Shown here: positions 20,194 through 29,565 of the stretch, one piece after another
Numbering within the stretch: position 1 is the stretch's first letter
Layout: each line of letters starts with the position of its first letter
Source: Promethearchaeota archaeon
Lineage (GTDB): Archaea; Asgardarchaeota; Lokiarchaeia; Sigyniarchaeales; SOKP01
Reading direction: 5' to 3'
NCBI GenBank assembly: GCA_048940925.1
Contig: JBHLOC010000004.1
Span: 96,554-160,553, forward strand
DNA length: 64,000 nucleotides
Program-made: the position numbers and the translations under genes
Notes under the pieces: generated by a model
What the model saw: the letters and a program-made list of their open reading frames with translations, nothing else
Databases searched by the model: none
Told to the model about the DNA's origin: nothing

Positions 20194-22284
20194 TTGAAAG
20201 GTATGAATTTTTTCTTTGAATTAAAAGCCAGTAGAATAGGTTATTCAAGAATAGGGCGGATATCATTATCGAAAGATCGGAAGCTTTATATAAATACTCC
20301 GAATTTAATGATTCCTATAAAGAATTCGTTAATGAAACAGTTTAGTTTTATACAAGAATTCGAAAGTCATAAACTCTTTATCATTTCAAAAGAGATATTT
20401 TTAAGAATTGGATTTCTTCGTGAAAAGTTTAAAGACACAGGATTTATTTTTTCTTATAATGGGACTTTTGAGAAATTTGAAGATATTTTAATACGAAATT
20501 TAGATATCTTCACTGAAGACAATATCATTTCAATATTACCATTTAATGTTCCTACAACTTCTATTAATAAAGATTTTGCAGAAGTAGAAATAACTGCATA
20601 TCTTAAAAAGGCTAAAAAGATCTTAAAACAATATCCAAATCTTAATTTTGGTATAACCATTAGAATTTTTGATTATACTGAATTGTTTGATCTCTATATT
20701 CCGATTATAAAAAAGAATGAAAATATTAAAATTCTAAACCTATCTGACATTTTTGATAATTTCAACAATTTTAGAGGTATTGCAAAAATTATATCTGAAG
20801 TTAAAGCTGAATTGGATAATAATCTTGTTGTAATGGCTTCAGGTAGGATAATTCCTAAATTATATCCTATTTTAGTATATTTAGGAATTGATTTAATTGA
20901 TAGCTCCTTTTTATTATATTTATCAGCTGAAAATTTCTACGACACAATAGAGTATCTTCTGCCAATATATAAAGTTAGGTATTTTCCCTGTGCCTGTGTG
21001 GCATGTAAAGGAAAATTGAAGAATCTTTTTGACATTAAACATTCTTCTGAAAAAATAGATTTATTATGTCTTCATAATCTCATATCAGCAACTAATTACA
21101 TTAATAAAATTAGCCAATATTTAAACTATGAAGATTACAGAACATTTGTTGAAAAATCTACCTTTGATGATACCAATTTAATCTCAATTCTAAAAATTTT
21201 AGATAAAGACTATTTTCATTTAATGAGATATGAAACACCGATAACTATTAAAAACAGAACTATTAGATGCCTTGGACCAACTTCATATAACCGCCCAGAT
21301 TTTCGAGAATACAGAGAAAGAACTTTAACTAATTTTGGACCTGAACCATGGACTACTTTAATTATCTTACTTCCATGCTCAGCTAAAAAACCTTATTCTG
21401 AATCTAAATCTCATAAGTTATTTTATAAAAAAATAAGAAAATTTTCAGAATTTCCAAATTTCCAAGAATTTATTCTAACTTCTCCTTTAGGGGTGATTCC
21501 AAGACAACTTGAAAACATTTATCCTGTTAATTCGTATGATATTTCAGTTACAGGTGATTGGAATAATGAAGAAATAAATATCACAGCTAATATGCTTATA
21601 AAAATATTAGAAAAATACAATAATGATATTCCGATAATTTGTCATCTTAAAGATGAATATTATGAGATTGTTAAAAGAGTTAAATCTAAATTAGCTCATA
21701 AATTCTTTTTTACCACAGTTTCAGATAAATTAACCTCAAAAGAATCTCTTCAATCATTAGAAGATTTAATTAATGAATATAAAGATATCTTTAAATCCAA
21801 ACAGCAATTAAAGAAAGGAAATTGCTTAACTAAATCGTGGATTAGAAAATTTAATAAAATTTTAGATTATCAATTTGGTATTGGTTCAGGAATGAGAGTG
21901 ATTTCACAAGAATTAACACAAATCAAACTTAAGTCTAATGGAAATGTTAATTTAATAGATAAAAAAAGCAAGGTATTATTGGGTATTTTCAGATCATCTA
22001 CGGGTCAAATTGATTTAACACTTAAGGGAATTAATCGATTAGTAAAAACACCTTATTCTATAGATTCAAATACAATTGTATTTGATGCAAATTTTATCAG
22101 AGGTAATACACTATTTCGAAAGGGCATAATAGCTTTCAGTCGAAATTTAATTCCAAATAATTTTACATATGTATTAAATAAAGATAAGAACGATATAATT
22201 GGAACTGGAAATTTATTAGTAGGGTCGAATTTTATAAAAAATTCTAAGACTGGGAGAGTAGTAAAAATCAATGATAAAAAATAG
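20194..22284 (+). CDS. arcS: Archaeosine synthase alpha subunit (ArcS/TgtA2)
   Basis: TGT-like fold, CACVAC...HN Zn site, LPCSAKKPYSESKSH, TSPLG.IPR.LE..YP...YD..VTG.W, C-terminal PUA. Confidence 0.9.
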   Translation: MKGMNFFFELKASRIGYSRIGRISLSKDRKLYINTPNLMIPIKNSLMKQFSFIQEFESHKLFIISKEIFLRIGFLREKFKDTGFIFSYNGTFEKFEDILIRNLDIFTEDNIISILPFNVPTTSINKDFAEVEITAYLKKAKKILKQYPNLNFGITIRIFDYTELFDLYIPIIKKNENIKILNLSDIFDNFNNFRGIAKIISEVKAELDNNLVVMASGRIIPKLYPILVYLGIDLIDSSFLLYLSAENFYDTIEYLLPIYKVRYFPCACVACKGKLKNLFDIKHSSEKIDLLCLHNLISATNYINKISQYLNYEDYRTFVEKSTFDDTNLISILKILDKDYFHLMRYETPITIKNRTIRCLGPTSYNRPDFREYRERTLTNFGPEPWTTLIILLPCSAKKPYSESKSHKLFYKKIRKFSEFPNFQEFILTSPLGVIPRQLENIYPVNSYDISVTGDWNNEEINITANMLIKILEKYNNDIPIICHLKDEYYEIVKRVKSKLAHKFFFTTVSDKLTSKESLQSLEDLINEYKDIFKSKQQLKKGNCLTKSWIRKFNKILDYQFGIGSGMRVISQELTQIKLKSNGNVNLIDKKSKVLLGIFRSSTGQIDLTLKGINRLVKTPYSIDSNTIVFDANFIRGNTLFRKGIIAFSRNLIPNNFTYVLNKDKNDIIGTGNLLVGSNFIKNSKTGRVVKINDKK

Positions 22285-23371
22285 GAATTTAAAAGAATAT
22301 AATGAAATTGTTGCAGAAAAAGTTAAATTTTTCAGAGAAAAAGCTCTAAAAAATAAAAAAAAATATGAGAAAGAGCAACTGAGTCAACCTGTTGCATTTT
22401 GGATAAAAAAGGACAGATTAATTAACGAAATAGGAAAGCAATTTACAATTATACTAAGAACCAAAGGATGTAGTTGGTCACTAAGTAAAACTGGAGGGTG
22501 TACGATGTGTGGATATATAAATGATGCAAATATTGATGACATTGAGCAATCTCAAGTTATAAATCAATTCATTTATGCAATTAACTCTAAAATGAGCGAA
22601 ATAGAAGAAGATCATGATAAATTTATTTTAAAAATATTTAATTCGGGAAGCTTTTTCGATGAAAAAGAGATCTCTGAAGTAGTTAGGAGAACTATTTATG
22701 AAAAAATCGCAGGAATCAAAAGCATTAAAGAAGTTGTCTTAGAAAGTAGATTAGAATATATTACTACAGAAATCCTTTCTGAGATAAGAGAATTTCTAAA
22801 AGATAAATATGTTGAGATTGCAATTGGACTTGAAACTGTGAATGATTATATTAGAAATAATTATATTAATAAGGGATTTCTCTATGAAAATTTTAAAGAA
22901 GTATGTAATGAATGTAAAGGGTTTGATATAGGTATAAAAGCTTATTTATTATTTAAACCACCATTTCTTAATGAACAAGCTGCTATAGATGATTGTGTAA
23001 ATTCAATTAGAAATCTTATTGAGCAAGATATTAATACGATTTCGATTAATCCCTTAAACATTCAAAAAGGTACTCTAGTGGAATATCTATGGTATCAAAA
23101 TAGATATAGACCTCCGTGGTATTATTCCTTATTTAAATGTTTAAAAAAATCACTTACCCAAAAAGATTTAGAAAAAGTCCGAATACTATCTGATCCGAGT
23201 GGAGCTGGAACGAGGAGAGGGATACATAATTGTTTGAAAAAGGAATGTGAGAATTCTGCAAAGCAAATGCTTAGTAATTTTGTTCTCTCTCAAAATTTAT
23301 CTGAGTTGAAACAAAATGGATTTGAGTGTAATTGTAAAAGCAAATATCAATTAGAGAAAAATTATTGTTGA
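22271..23371 (+). CDS. Archaeosine biosynthesis radical SAM protein RaSEA
   Basis: LRTKGCSW.....GCTMCGY, KIFNSGSFFD, KPPFL.E, YRPPW, RGIHNC; overlaps arcS. Confidence 0.92.
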   Translation: MIKNRNLKEYNEIVAEKVKFFREKALKNKKKYEKEQLSQPVAFWIKKDRLINEIGKQFTIILRTKGCSWSLSKTGGCTMCGYINDANIDDIEQSQVINQFIYAINSKMSEIEEDHDKFILKIFNSGSFFDEKEISEVVRRTIYEKIAGIKSIKEVVLESRLEYITTEILSEIREFLKDKYVEIAIGLETVNDYIRNNYINKGFLYENFKEVCNECKGFDIGIKAYLLFKPPFLNEQAAIDDCVNSIRNLIEQDINTISINPLNIQKGTLVEYLWYQNRYRPPWYYSLFKCLKKSLTQKDLEKVRILSDPSGAGTRRGIHNCLKKECENSAKQMLSNFVLSQNLSELKQNGFECNCKSKYQLEKNYC

Positions 23372-23490
23372 AATTTTTTTAAAAAAAAAAATTCGGTTAA
23401 ATTCTCATAAGAATAATATACTGTTAATTTCCATTTTTGTAAGAGAAAATAATGAAAACCATTATATTTAAATATTAACCACCATCATTT

Positions 23491-23775
23491 ATGTTAATCT
23501 CAATGTTAAAGCAAGGGACCCTTTTGAAAAAAAACTGGGTTAAATTAAATCTTTTCTACATTGGAAAATCTAAAAAACATCAAATATTTAGAGCTAAACA
23601 GTGGAATAAGAGTTTCGAAAAAATTTTGAAACAACCAGTGTATAATGAAAGATATGAAAAAATTGGAAATATAAAGGATATATTTGGTCCTATCAATTTG
23701 CCCTTTATTTCGATCAAGACTTTGCCTAATCAACCCTTTGAACCAAATATCAAATTATATACAAAAATAGCATAA
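23491..23775 (+). CDS. gar1: H/ACA RNP component Gar1/Naf1 (start uncertain)
   Basis: VYN....KIG.IKDIFGPI..PFISIK; conserved gar1-tfb synteny. Confidence 0.8.
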   Translation: MLISMLKQGTLLKKNWVKLNLFYIGKSKKHQIFRAKQWNKSFEKILKQPVYNERYEKIGNIKDIFGPINLPFISIKTLPNQPFEPNIKLYTKIA

Positions 23776-23819
23776 TTTTCTAAAAATTCTTTTAAAATTA
23801 AAGAATATAGTTAAAAAAG

Positions 23820-24800
23820 GTGTGTTTTATTTCAAGTTGGAGGGAAATAAATTCTACTTCAAATGAGAACTTGGGTATAGAAAGTGGTATTTGCTCTGAA
23901 TGTGGTAAAGCTATTTTTTTTGATGAAAATAGAGGGTTAATTGTATGTGAAGAATGTGGTTTAGTTCATTCCGAAAAACATATTGATCGTGGACCAGAAT
24001 GGAGAGCGTTTGATGCAGATCAGAAAAAAAAGAGAACTAGAACTGGCGCACCTATGACCTATATGATACATGACAAGGGACTTAGTACTATTATTGATTG
24101 GAAAAACCGAGACATATTTGGTAAAGAAATACCAGCTAAATTGAGGGGACAAATTTATCGTCTTCGAAAATGGCAGAGTCGAATCAGAGTATCAGATGCA
24201 ACAGAAAGAAATCTTACTTTTGCTCTTAGCGAACTCGATAGAATGGCTTCCAACCTAGATCTTCAAAAAAACTTAAGAGAATGTGCTGCTAAAATCTATC
24301 GAGATGCTGTAGAAGCGCATCTAATTCGTGGTAGAAGCATTGAAGGTGTTGCTGCTGCAAGTTTATATGCTGCTTGTAGAATGTATAAAGTACCAAGGAC
24401 GTTAAATGAGATTGCTGATGTAGCTCGAGTTGATAAGAAGGAAATTAGTAGATCTTTTCGATTTATTTCAAAAGAACTTGATTTAAATTTAAATCCCACT
24501 AAACCACTTGATTTTCTTACAAGATTTATTTCTGAATTGGATTTAACTACAAAATGTCATAGAATAGCAAAAACGATTATAAGAATGGCAGAAGATCGAG
24601 GTTTAACTTCGGGACGAGGCCCTACAGGCGTATGTGCAGCTGCAATTTATGCATCATGTATTTTGTCTAATGAACGAAGGACACAGAGGAGTATAGCTCG
24701 TGTTAGTTGTGTAACAGAAGTAACTGTTCGAAATCGCTTTAGCGAACTAGTGGAAAATTTGAAACTTAGGATTTCATTGAAAAAGAATAGCAAGATTTAA
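23820..24800 (+). CDS. tfb: Transcription initiation factor IIB
   Basis: CSECG...VCEECG Zn ribbon, GPEWRAF, HDKGLST, two cyclin repeats, VTEVTVRNR. Confidence 0.97.
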   Translation: MCFISSWREINSTSNENLGIESGICSECGKAIFFDENRGLIVCEECGLVHSEKHIDRGPEWRAFDADQKKKRTRTGAPMTYMIHDKGLSTIIDWKNRDIFGKEIPAKLRGQIYRLRKWQSRIRVSDATERNLTFALSELDRMASNLDLQKNLRECAAKIYRDAVEAHLIRGRSIEGVAAASLYAACRMYKVPRTLNEIADVARVDKKEISRSFRFISKELDLNLNPTKPLDFLTRFISELDLTTKCHRIAKTIIRMAEDRGLTSGRGPTGVCAAAIYASCILSNERRTQRSIARVSCVTEVTVRNRFSELVENLKLRISLKKNSKI

Positions 24801-24927
24801 AACCCTACTATTCTCCTAAATTTAAGAAAAAATATTAAAAAATATTTAGAATTGAAGATTCCTTTTTAAAAGCAAGACTCTTTCTGAAAAATTGTTTTTA
24901 GAAATAGTTAATTATAATTCCTATATA

Positions 24928-25206
24928 ATGAAAAAAAAAGTAAATCCAGATAAAAAATTAAGATTACCTCCTGGTCAGCATATAACTAAACGTTTCCCTG
25001 TTCTTCAAAAAGGAAGAATTGTTCATATAGAGAGGAAGAATTGTAATTTAGAAATTAATGGAGAAATTGAACAATCATTGGTCTTAACTCTGGAAGAGTT
25101 AAAAAAATTGCAAGATATCAAAATAGTGGAAGATATCCATTGTGTAACTTCATGGTGTAAATCATCCCTAAAAATCATTTTAGGGATGATTTTTCTCTCA
25201 ACTTAA
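24928..25206 (+). pseudogene. Truncated sulfite-oxidase-like molybdopterin oxidoreductase
   Basis: RLPPGQ..T..FPVL and DIHCVTSW, then similarity stops at a palindrome; only about half the usual length. Confidence 0.7.
25159..25192. repeat. Perfect 15-bp inverted repeat at a gene junction
   Basis: AAATCATCCCTAAAA-atca-TTTTAGGGATGATTT. Confidence 0.85.
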
Positions 25207-25669
25207 GCAACTGTTGATATTGCCAATCTCTTTCTTTGGCTACATCAGTGTAGGCATCAGAAGTATTGTTGGCTCTATGTATAGCTTGTAATGCATAAAT
25301 GGCAGCACCAATAGAATGTGTTTTAACATGAGCTGTTGCAACGGCCTGACCAGCGGCACGAGCGGCAGAACACGCAGAGTTATCTGCACCTACTTCACGA
25401 GCTGCTGTATGAGCATCAAGAGAAGCTTTGCGTATTACCCTCATCTTAAACACACCTGTATTAATCCATGTTTGGAGTGTTTCGATAGCATTTCTAGGAC
25501 GATAGTCGTTAGGATATTTTTTCTCAAAATACGATAAAACTCGCTCGGTGCAATCAATCGCCCAGACAGCTAATATCTTTTTGTCAGTTTTTTTTAAAAG
25601 CTCTACAATTCTCTCATCGTTTCTATATTGTATAAGTGAAAATTTGGATTTTTCTTTTTTAATTCTCAT
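25175..25669 (-). CDS. Imm5-like putative immunity protein (likely ATG at 25669; ORF track extends to 25798)
   Basis: LAVWAIDCTERVL..FE..YP.D.RPR.AIE, AARAAGQAVATAHV..H..GAA.YA, ERDWQ. Confidence 0.8.
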   Translation of the reverse strand: MRIKKEKSKFSLIQYRNDERIVELLKKTDKKILAVWAIDCTERVLSYFEKKYPNDYRPRNAIETLQTWINTGVFKMRVIRKASLDAHTAAREVGADNSACSAARAAGQAVATAHVKTHSIGAAIYALQAIHRANNTSDAYTDVAKERDWQYQQLLKLREKSSLK

Positions 25670-25846
25670 ATAATTAAATGAATTGTGTATATAGTTATTA
25701 AACTTTTGACTATTAGAACAAACTATTCTGAGGAGAGCACAAATGGCAGAAATATTTGATATGCCTTTTTTAGCACTATAATATCTTTTTATTATCAAGT
25801 ATTATCTTCATATTATAACATTTAATGTTCAATTAATTTGATCTAA

Positions 25847-26233
25847 TTGATAGATCAAATTGATAATTTAGGTGTCATAGAATTGGATAAACATGAGAAC
25901 AACAGCATTATTAATGAAAGCGAAGTCAAATATTTTTTATATAGGATAGAAAAGAATTTTCCAAATTTTGTGGCAGGAGTTATTACTGATCGTCATGGTT
26001 TTCCTGTTGCATCAAAAATTTCCAAAAAATTATGGATCCTTGAAAATACTTTAGCCTTATCTGCGATTACTAAAAATCGGGATTTTATAGAGGATAATAA
26101 ATTGGTAAAGATCAAAAAGGATTTAGATAAGGCAAAAAATTACAAACTATTAATCTTGTTAGAAAAAACAAAAGATTACAAAAGCCGAATGAAACCATTA
26201 AAAGGTTTACTTAGATCCCAAGAACTTTTTTAG
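25847..26233 (+). CDS. Roadblock-like protein (divergent)
   Basis: Helix followed by FVAGVITDRHGFPVAS hairpin typical of Roadblock/LC7. Confidence 0.6.
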   Translation: MIDQIDNLGVIELDKHENNSIINESEVKYFLYRIEKNFPNFVAGVITDRHGFPVASKISKKLWILENTLALSAITKNRDFIEDNKLVKIKKDLDKAKNYKLLILLEKTKDYKSRMKPLKGLLRSQELF

Positions 26234-26422
26234 GTCTATTTATAAATTTTTCTCGCAAACCGTAGAAAAATAACCTTCCTACTTAAATTTTTATAAAGAA
26301 AATTTCTTTATTATCTAAAGAAGGTTAAAGGAAATTATATCTAGTTAGGTTTTAATAAATAGTTTTATAATTATTAAAAAACCATTAAATTTGGATATTT
26401 AATTAAGTAGGTTGACACATTC

Positions 26423-26893
26423 TTGAGTTATTCTGATGATGAGCATAAATTAAAAAATATACTGAATTCAATCATCAATAGCGCGCCAGGTTTAAATAAC
26501 GCTATAATAGTAGATGATACAGGTGTTACAATATTAAGTCAATCTAAGTTTAAATTTTCTGATCAGCAAAGTATTTCAATTGAGAAAATAGGGGCTATTG
26601 GAGGTGCTGTTTTTATAGCTGGAGAAGAACAAGGACATATACTAGGATATGGAGCAATAGATTTACAAATTACTGAATACTATAAAGGTATGATTTTTGC
26701 AATAAAAGTAGGAAAAGGAGTATTATGTATCAGTACTGATCGGAATGTTCAAATTGGATTTATTAGAGCTATTATGAAGAAATATGCTCCTGCGATATCT
26801 GCTATATTGAATCGCTATTTACAAGTAGAACAAGCAGAATTTAGTAAAGAAGTTAAAGAATTATTTAGATCAGATACAATTGGATTGTTATAA
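26423..26893 (+). CDS. Roadblock/LC7 (LAMTOR-like) domain protein
   Basis: L..I...APGL..AIIVDDTG..I.S, IGAIGG, ITEYYKG.IF, IGFIR..MK. Confidence 0.85.
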   Translation: MSYSDDEHKLKNILNSIINSAPGLNNAIIVDDTGVTILSQSKFKFSDQQSISIEKIGAIGGAVFIAGEEQGHILGYGAIDLQITEYYKGMIFAIKVGKGVLCISTDRNVQIGFIRAIMKKYAPAISAILNRYLQVEQAEFSKEVKELFRSDTIGLL

Positions 26894-26911
26894 ATTTCTG
26901 TCTATTTTTTA

Positions 26912-27228
26912 GACGCATAGATTTAGCCTAAAAACACTAACACTATTTTTTCATTTTAAGGGATTACCTTTAGATCAAAAATGTTCTCTCGTGCTAGGCA
27001 ATAATCTCTATGCGCAAGTGGGACATAATCATATCTGCACGTTGGGTACTGCCCTAATCCTCATCGCATTGGTGTTTACCGTTGCTAAGTTAAGAGCCCA
27101 TGTATTTGCAGTTAAATTTTATTGATTAGTTTAACTCTGGATGTTTGCAGTTCTTTGCACACATAATCATTAGCAGAACGCTTCAATGTGCCCTCGAATA
27201 TGCAATTATTCCGTCATTGATGTCCCAA
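26912..27228 (-). ncRNA. Candidate structured ncRNA, possibly a highly diverged RNase P-like RNA
   Basis: GC-enriched, ORF-free; TGGGACAT/ATGTCCCA closing helix; GTGCAAAGAAC and AACGGTAAAC motifs in RNase P order; TATA about 25 nt upstream; long 3' hairpin 26912-27015. Confidence 0.55.
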
Positions 27229-27249
27229 GATATTTATAGTATCATTTGA

Positions 27250-27264
27250 TTATAAAGATTTTTA
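27250..27264 (-). promoter_or_regulatory. BRE/TATA candidate for the 27.2 kb RNA
   Basis: AAAAATCTTTATAA on the minus strand, about 25-30 nt before GGGACAT. Confidence 0.5.
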
Positions 27265-27267
27265 TTG

Positions 27268-27762
27268 TTAAGAAAAAGGAAAAGGTTCCTTTTTATTTAT
27301 TCCTTTAATCCTATCCTCTATTCTTGTTATCAAGCTGGTTAGACTTCTGAAAAGTATTTTTTTTATTTGCTCATAAGTAAGATCTATTTCAATATCATTA
27401 TCATCTCGAAAGTCATCAAATTTATAAAATGCTTTATAGACATTTTCTGTATTTAATATTTTGTATGAACTATCGACCAAAAATGCATAAACACTTTCAC
27501 TTTCATACTCTTTTTTCATTATGAGTGAAAGCATTACAAATTCCTTATTCCCTCGCGCCCATTCAGAGGGAATTTCGAAATGGAAGTTAATAATTTTCTT
27601 TTTTTTCGTAATGAGTACAATTTCGAAAAATGTCTCATTAATTTCAAGGTCAAAAAATTTAATTAATGATTTAATGATATCTTCTTCTAACTCGACTTCA
27701 GGATAGGATAGATATACGCTTGGACCCTTAATTTGATGGAAAAAAGTGAGTACTAAATGCAT
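27268..27762 (-). CDS. Longin/uDENN-like domain protein
   Basis: N-terminal LVLTFFHQIKGPSVYLSYP (F[HD]xxxGP hairpin), FEIPSEWARG..E..M.S. Confidence 0.6.
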   Translation of the reverse strand: MHLVLTFFHQIKGPSVYLSYPEVELEEDIIKSLIKFFDLEINETFFEIVLITKKKKIINFHFEIPSEWARGNKEFVMLSLIMKKEYESESVYAFLVDSSYKILNTENVYKAFYKFDDFRDDNDIEIDLTYEQIKKILFRSLTSLITRIEDRIKGINKKEPFPFS

Positions 27763-27848
27763 GTAAAAGAAAGCTTGAAGTTTATTAAATTATATTTTAG
27801 GTTAATTTAAAGTTATTTTATTAAGAAAAGATTTATTCTTAGTTAGAA

Positions 27849-28574
27849 TCAACTCTTATTAATTAATGATAAGACATCATTATAAGAACCAAGCAATTTA
27901 TTTACATTTGAGTCTTTTAAACCTTCCTGAGGAATGCCTTCAAAAATAATCTTTCCGTCATCCAAAACTAACATTTTTTCTGCCCAGTTTTCCACAAAAA
28001 ATAAATTATGGGTGGTGAAGAGTATCGTTATTTTGTTTTCTTGTCTTAGATTTTCTAGAATTTTAAGGTGGTTATATATTGATTTAAAATCAAGATTTGC
28101 AAAGGGCTCATCTAAAATCAATAATTTAGGTTTCATTACAAGCAAGCCTGCTAGCGCAGCTCTCTTCTTTTGACCCCAAGAAAGGTTAAAAGGCGAAAAA
28201 CTTTTATAATCAAATAAATTAACAGCCTTTAAAGCCCATTCAACTCTATTTTTTACTTCAAGATCATCAAGTTTTAAATTTTTTGCGCCAAAACTAACAT
28301 CTTCTTCAATCGTAGGTGCGAATAATTGGTCATCAGGGTTTTGAAATAGAAAACCAATAGACTGTCTAATTTTCCATAATTTTTGTTTGTCTCTTGTCAA
28401 TGTGTCGTTAAAAATCTTAATTATTCCAGCTTCAGGTTTCAATAATCCTACTAATAACCTTAATAATGTTGTTTTACCTGAACCATTATTTCCTGTTAAT
28501 GCACATATTATATTTTCTTTCATTTTAAAAGAAATATCCTGAATTTTAAAGCCAGAATTATAGTTAAATTTCAA
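27849..28574 (-). CDS. cbiO: ECF transporter ATPase (CbiO-like)
   Basis: GNNGSGKTT, FQNPDDQLFAPT.EEDV.FG, LSWGQKKR, LDEP. Confidence 0.9.
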   Translation of the reverse strand: MKFNYNSGFKIQDISFKMKENIICALTGNNGSGKTTLLRLLVGLLKPEAGIIKIFNDTLTRDKQKLWKIRQSIGFLFQNPDDQLFAPTIEEDVSFGAKNLKLDDLEVKNRVEWALKAVNLFDYKSFSPFNLSWGQKKRAALAGLLVMKPKLLILDEPFANLDFKSIYNHLKILENLRQENKITILFTTHNLFFVENWAEKMLVLDDGKIIFEGIPQEGLKDSNVNKLLGSYNDVLSLINKS

Positions 28575-28585
28575 ACCTTTAACTT

Positions 28586-29389
28586 CTAATGCAAAAATAA
28601 TCTAAAAACCTCTTGATAAATTGATTCTAAATTAATAATAAAAATTAAAATAACTATGATTAATGAGAAAATAGCCAATATAAGAACATCAAACAACTTC
28701 ATCTTTTTTGATGCAAATGTAATTTTACCAGAAAAACCACGCATTTTTAAGCTTTCATATAATTGTTCACTTCTTTCCATATTCATTACAATACTTTTTC
28801 CCATGATATAAGCATGAGTTTTTAATTTTTGCCAATATGATGTAAAGTTCTTTCCCCTTATCTCCTGGGCTTCTAATATCTTTTTATTAGAATTTGCTAA
28901 AATTGGGATATAGTGTAACATTATAATTAAAGAGCCAACTAAGATTGAGGAGATTCTTAATTTTGTCAGGGCTTCTATAAATTCTGTATAGGTTAATGTT
29001 GAGAAAAAAGTTAAAAAAACGAATAGAGAAGTAAAAATTCTCAAAAATATTAATAATGCTAAATATAAACCCTCTTTATATATATTAAGTTTGATACCAA
29101 TATCCAATTGGTAAGAAATTGTATTTCCAACATAAAAAGGAAGGAAAACTATTATTAAAAAAATAAAAGGAATGACAATTTTAAATCGTGAAAGAATTTC
29201 TATGATGTTTAAACGCAGAGTGAGAATAATTATTAATGTAATTAAAAGAATTGTAAATATAAGATAAGTATTCTTCAAAACCAGAAATGGGATAACAAGA
29301 ATAAAAGGTAAAATTAATCGAGTTAATGGATGAATTTTACTTAAGTAAACTTTTTCATTTTCATGTCTAAAAGGTAAAGTCGTCTTCAA
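28586..29389 (-). CDS. cbiQ: ECF transporter T component (CbiQ-like)
   Basis: IHP..R, multiple TM helices, AQEIRG and MKMRGF-type coupling motifs. Confidence 0.88.
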   Translation of the reverse strand: MKTTLPFRHENEKVYLSKIHPLTRLILPFILVIPFLVLKNTYLIFTILLITLIIILTLRLNIIEILSRFKIVIPFIFLIIVFLPFYVGNTISYQLDIGIKLNIYKEGLYLALLIFLRIFTSLFVFLTFFSTLTYTEFIEALTKLRISSILVGSLIIMLHYIPILANSNKKILEAQEIRGKNFTSYWQKLKTHAYIMGKSIVMNMERSEQLYESLKMRGFSGKITFASKKMKLFDVLILAIFSLIIVILIFIINLESIYQEVFRLFLH

Positions 29390-29565
29390 TCTTACATTAA
29401 CAACTCCAATTTATATTTGATCGTTCTAAATGGTAATCTTTTCTAATCGAAATTCTATACATTCTAATTTCATACTAAAATAGAATAAAGTAATATTTTT
29501 TAATAATACTAAATTAAAATTTAATAATATTTATACTAAAAAAAATTATCTTTTATTTTTCAAAA

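Noticed and set aside
26945-26985. UGA/UGA opposed in a hairpin as a possible eukaryote-like SECIS
   Set aside because: Upper helix too short and imperfect, no AUGA on the 5' side, and no in-frame UGA selenoprotein found adjacent
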